Assembly (NCBI GenBank): GCA_965285935.1
Contig: OZ260662.1
Location: 6,076,001-6,140,000 of the forward strand
DNA: 64,000 nt
Direction of reading: 5' to 3'
Source: Ophelia neglecta
Taxonomy: Eukaryota
Shown here: piece by piece, positions 60,035 through 64,000 of the stretch
Position numbering within the stretch: position 1 is the stretch's first letter
Layout: each line of letters opens with the position of its first letter
Made by a program: the position numbers and the translations under genes
The notes under the pieces: model-generated
Seen by the model: only the letters and a program-made list of their open reading frames with translations
Told to the model about the DNA's origin: nothing
The model's database searches: none

Positions 60035-60320
60035 GGTCGATTTTAGGGGCCGTTGGCCATTTATTTACATCAATATAAGGGGAGATTTTAGGGGCCTTTG
60101 GCCGACTTACATCAATATAAGAGGGATTGAGGGGCCCTTTTACGTTTATTTACATCACTGTAAAGGGAAATTTTAGGAGCTCCTGGCCGGTTAGCTACAA
60201 CAACATAAGGAGATATTTTGGGGATCCTCGGCAGTTTGCTAGCATCAATATTGGGCCCGATAAATGGATTTCAGGGGCCTTTGGCAGTTTGCCGACATCA
60301 ATCACAATTGTAGGGACCCT
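60035..60320. repeat. Degenerate ~42-bp tandem repeat
   Basis: Recurrent ACATCAATATAAGGG..TTTTAGGGGCC.TTGGCC. Confidence 0.8.
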
Positions 60321-63229
60321 AAAGACCCCAGAGTGTTACACTGTAAGCAGCTTCTATTCACTAAATTCGTTTTTCATCATAAAGAATTCACACCAACATC
60401 ATTGTTTATGTCAGTCACTATGTGATGAAGGAAGCTCTTTACACGGAGTCTGTGAAGTCATCAAAGAGAAATAATTGTAAGAACCAGATTAAAATGCATT
60501 AAACATCAGGTGACACAGGTGTCTTCCGATTCAAAGATCCTACTTCATTAACTTGCTTTAAAACATGCCTCAGTAATAGGATCCTTCGTTCACAGAAACC
60601 GACAATACGCGTTATGTAAACTTATTACAATATCAAGACACCATGCCTAACCCCGGGCGGGCCAAGAGGCCTCCAGGACTACAGAGAACATACAAGTCTC
60701 CGCCCCCCTCCCCAGACGTGTTAACAGCCACTCTAAAGCTACTCATATGGCAGACTTCAATCATTGTCCTCATCATATTATGTACGTCCGCCACACCCGG
60801 CTTTCAGTCATGGCATGAGACAAGAAACATACAATACAAGATTATGTAAAGTAAGAGCACAGCCCATAACAATGGACAGTGTGGTGAATTCCATGGGACT
60901 CTAGGGTTATAACGAAACTTACGGATAATTCTTATTTTTAACGGATGATTTATTATGACAATAACGTTTAAGACAATTTTATCTGTTCTTAACACAGAGG
61001 GAGCCAAGTCCAAGAGAGGTAGATCTACTTCTAAGCACACAAAGAGTAGCTGATCGCAAACTGCTGTATTCATGGTATTTGCAGCTTTTTTCGTAAGAAA
61101 AAACGATACATGGTACCCGGCTAAATCATTACACAATTCACAGCACTAAACAAACGACTCAATGATCAACGTGTGACAGAGAAGAAATATATCCTTGGAG
61201 AGTGTAGGACGGTCTAAGCTCTCTCAAATATAATTCTGAAGATAAATATGTCTTAATAAACACTAGACAAAATCTGAAATCAAGGATAAATTGTCAATCA
61301 CACAATTTTCCACAAATCAAGTTCGCTTTTATAATCATGAACGATGATGTTAGGATTTTCTTTAACCAATGCTACAATTATTAACAAATCAAATTTGAAA
61401 ATTGAAGATTTGATTATTTTGAATCATTAATGCTGGTTTCAGTAAGCATTGATATCAGCTTCCTGGGAACCTGTCTTACCCCGCTCCACACCGGGACACC
61501 GTGGGAGACTCTCTATTCGTGGCAATCTTCTTCCCATCACAGAAGCAGATTACTATCTGAAACACAGATAAAAATTAGAAAATATTTAAGTTGCTTCACC
61601 GCATCTTTCCTTCGTAGCAGAGTTAGGGTTCCATCCGCAGAGCTAGCGCACCATTGTCAGCGAGCAGGGCGTAGAGGAAGGGAACATCGCATCTAGGTAA
61701 CACCCCCTTAGAACTTGGAATTAAGGAGCTCAGTGGTAATTAGTCTGATAATCAATTAGTCAATATAGTTTGGAGGTCACTGGGGTGTGTGACTCAAAGG
61801 GGTGTCATATGTCTGGAGGAAGCAGTAGCTGAATATGAGAGGAGACAGCTATGACGAAATCTACATTAATAATAGGCCATCATATCAGTGATTTTATAAC
61901 CCAACCCCATCACATAAATCCCTCTTTCGTTCTAGGTATATATTGGCCTGATGAGGGTAACCATTATGTTTATTCTAGCAAATACTAAATGTCGCTTTTG
62001 CCACAGCTTTCGCTGTTTACACAAAGCTGCTGAGAGTTTTGTAAAGAGCTATCTCATGGTAGGGTTTGAGGTCCATTAAACGTGGGTATATTCAATTTGG
62101 TTCTCCAAATACACCGGTAGATATTCTCACTTCAATATTGGATCGAATTACTGCAATCATATGTATTTAATTATTCTTACAACTTGACTTAATATTCTGG
62201 AATAAACGATTTAATTTGACTGTTTATATGTATAAAAACTCTTCAGCTGTTTGGGATTGTCTGTCTCAGATTTACATGTCAGATCTCTATTAGACCCCTG
62301 GGAGGGATATACAGAGATAATTATATGATAGGGTAACACCCGGCAATATCTGGAATGAGAGGGGTGTCAGTTTCACAGTCCTCCTCCTGAGAGAGGAATC
62401 AGGTAACAGCTTTCCCAATACTTACGTCTATCCCCTCTGGATTACATTCAATTAGATCAGTGGAAACCTTGGTGTCAGCTTACTACCTATATTCTTGGGG
62501 AAATATCAGGTTTTTTGTTCTTCCCAAACCCCACCACATTATGCCCCACTCCCCCTTCCCGTCCTCCATCCAAAGGGCCTCAAGCAAACAATCTATAAGT
62601 ATAATTATGCAGTAATCAGTTTCAACCTTCCTCTGGAGGTTATCAACACAGATTTCAAACTAAAAGCTCCTCATTAACTTTCTTTATTCCATATTCAAAT
62701 CTCAGCTAACTAGATATTGACCGCTTCATTAAGTTATTAAAGTAACCCACTATCAGAACGGCGGTCAAGCACTCATAATCACCGATAACAATTACTACCA
62801 GAACGAGGTAAATACCAATGATAATATTTTGAAGGTCATGGGAACGTAGCAGTGTGATTGACGCCCCCACTTTACCTATGTTGGCTGGGAATTGTAGGAT
62901 TCAACAGAAATAATTGGGAAGGACTGTTAACCCCTCGGGCCCTAACAGTATAATCCCTGAGATAAATAACCAGCCCAAGAAAAACACAAGTTGCCCATAA
63001 TTTAAGGTTATTTGAAGCATTATAAAAGCGCCCTTGCAGATATAGAAAAGACAGGAGAAGAGAACAATCATAAGCCATCAGTGGTTTGGGTTTCCAGATA
63101 CATGTATGTTTAGATGAAAAGGACACAGCGAGAGGATGCCGAAAATTAAATATATCCAACTCCAGGGTACTAAATTGTGAAATGGAGAACGGTTTAAGTT
63201 GTTTCCATTATTACTGGTAAGATACGGAC

Positions 63230-63485
63230 TTCCAACCATGGGAGGTAACAGGTTGACTAACAGATAAAATATCTCACCATGTAATCATGTTACAGGTGTT
63301 TGTAGCTTTCAACTCCTATCAATAAACTTGCTACAAATCATGGGAGGTAACCGGTTGACTGGCAGATGAAATATATAACCATGTAATCAGGTTACAGGCG
63401 TTTTTAGCTTTGAACTCATGTCAGTGCTATTATTTCTGACACTACTCTTGCTAAATCATGGGAGGTATCTGATTTACTGGCAAAT
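63230..63485. repeat. ~105-115-bp tandem repeat x2.5
   Basis: CATGGGAGGTAAC.GGTTGACT recurs at ~63237, ~63339 and ~63457. Homologous to 29945. Confidence 0.75.
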
Positions 63486-64000
63486 CGAATGTATGAATAT
63501 AGACTCTTATAAAAGGGCTGTTCTGAATCGGCAGACGCGCGAACGGCGAACGCGGACCTCCAAAATTAGTAGCATTACGGCATGAAATCTGGCGCTGTCA
63601 GGAGACTGACCCGACTGGTGTCCAGTCAACTCACGCGGGTGCTAACTCACGCGGGCCACAACTCGCGCGGGTGCCAAGTCGCACGAGGTTATTTTCACAG
63701 TTATTGTGTTGTGATTGTTTACTACATTGCCGTGGAGTGTCACACTAAGTATGCAACACCAATCATGGCGGGACACGTTGTTTTGGTCTTGGAGGACGTA
63801 AAAACAAACTTGTGGTCATTTAACCGCCAGATAGATCGCGAGAATTTTAAAAAATCTATAATTATATTGCCGTAGTGCAACATCGATTTCCCGGTTCCTC
63901 AACCAACCGACGTGCCTGAAAACTTCACCGATTGTTGCTGAAACGTCTTTGGTTGTGCTAAAGTATGTGAAATTGCGGTGCGCTGTGCGCGTTTTGCAGT

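Larger units (their letters stand above)
34940..63270 (+). repeat. Diverged tandem segmental duplicate of ~4330-29970
   Basis: Colinear anchor pairs: 4330/34945, 7345/38070, 8345/39478, 10030/41292, 12020/42830, 14905/48198, 20040/48792, 21088/50213, 25840/58020, 26717/59543, 27453/60571, 29942/63234. Confidence 0.9.

Overview
Repeat-rich animal genomic DNA, probably from an invertebrate, with one assembly gap (32047-32192). There is one well-supported protein-coding gene, on the minus strand. Nine phase-compatible GT-AG exons (16588-20217, 609 aa) encode a PDZ-DH(RhoGEF)-PH protein, and a probable first coding exon lies at 26107-26191. Its DH domain departs from the canonical catalytic motifs and is separated from the PH domain by a ~90-aa Ser-rich insert. 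The main hidden structure is an old, diverged tandem segmental duplication: ~4.3-30 kb is colinearly homologous to ~34.9-63.3 kb. The second copy is a pseudogene, with a frameshifted and interrupted exon 1, half a PDZ exon, and no recognisable DH/PH exons. It nevertheless retains the promoter CCAAT box and an ordered set of non-coding modules, several of which occur 3-4 times with strongly conserved cores. The rest consists of MITEs (TA-flanked Tc1/mariner-pogo type, Harbinger type, and GGCT-ended elements with 8-bp TSDs), LINE/SINE relics and many minisatellites. Most ORFs in the supplied track are spurious. All alignments were made by eye; no database searches were run.
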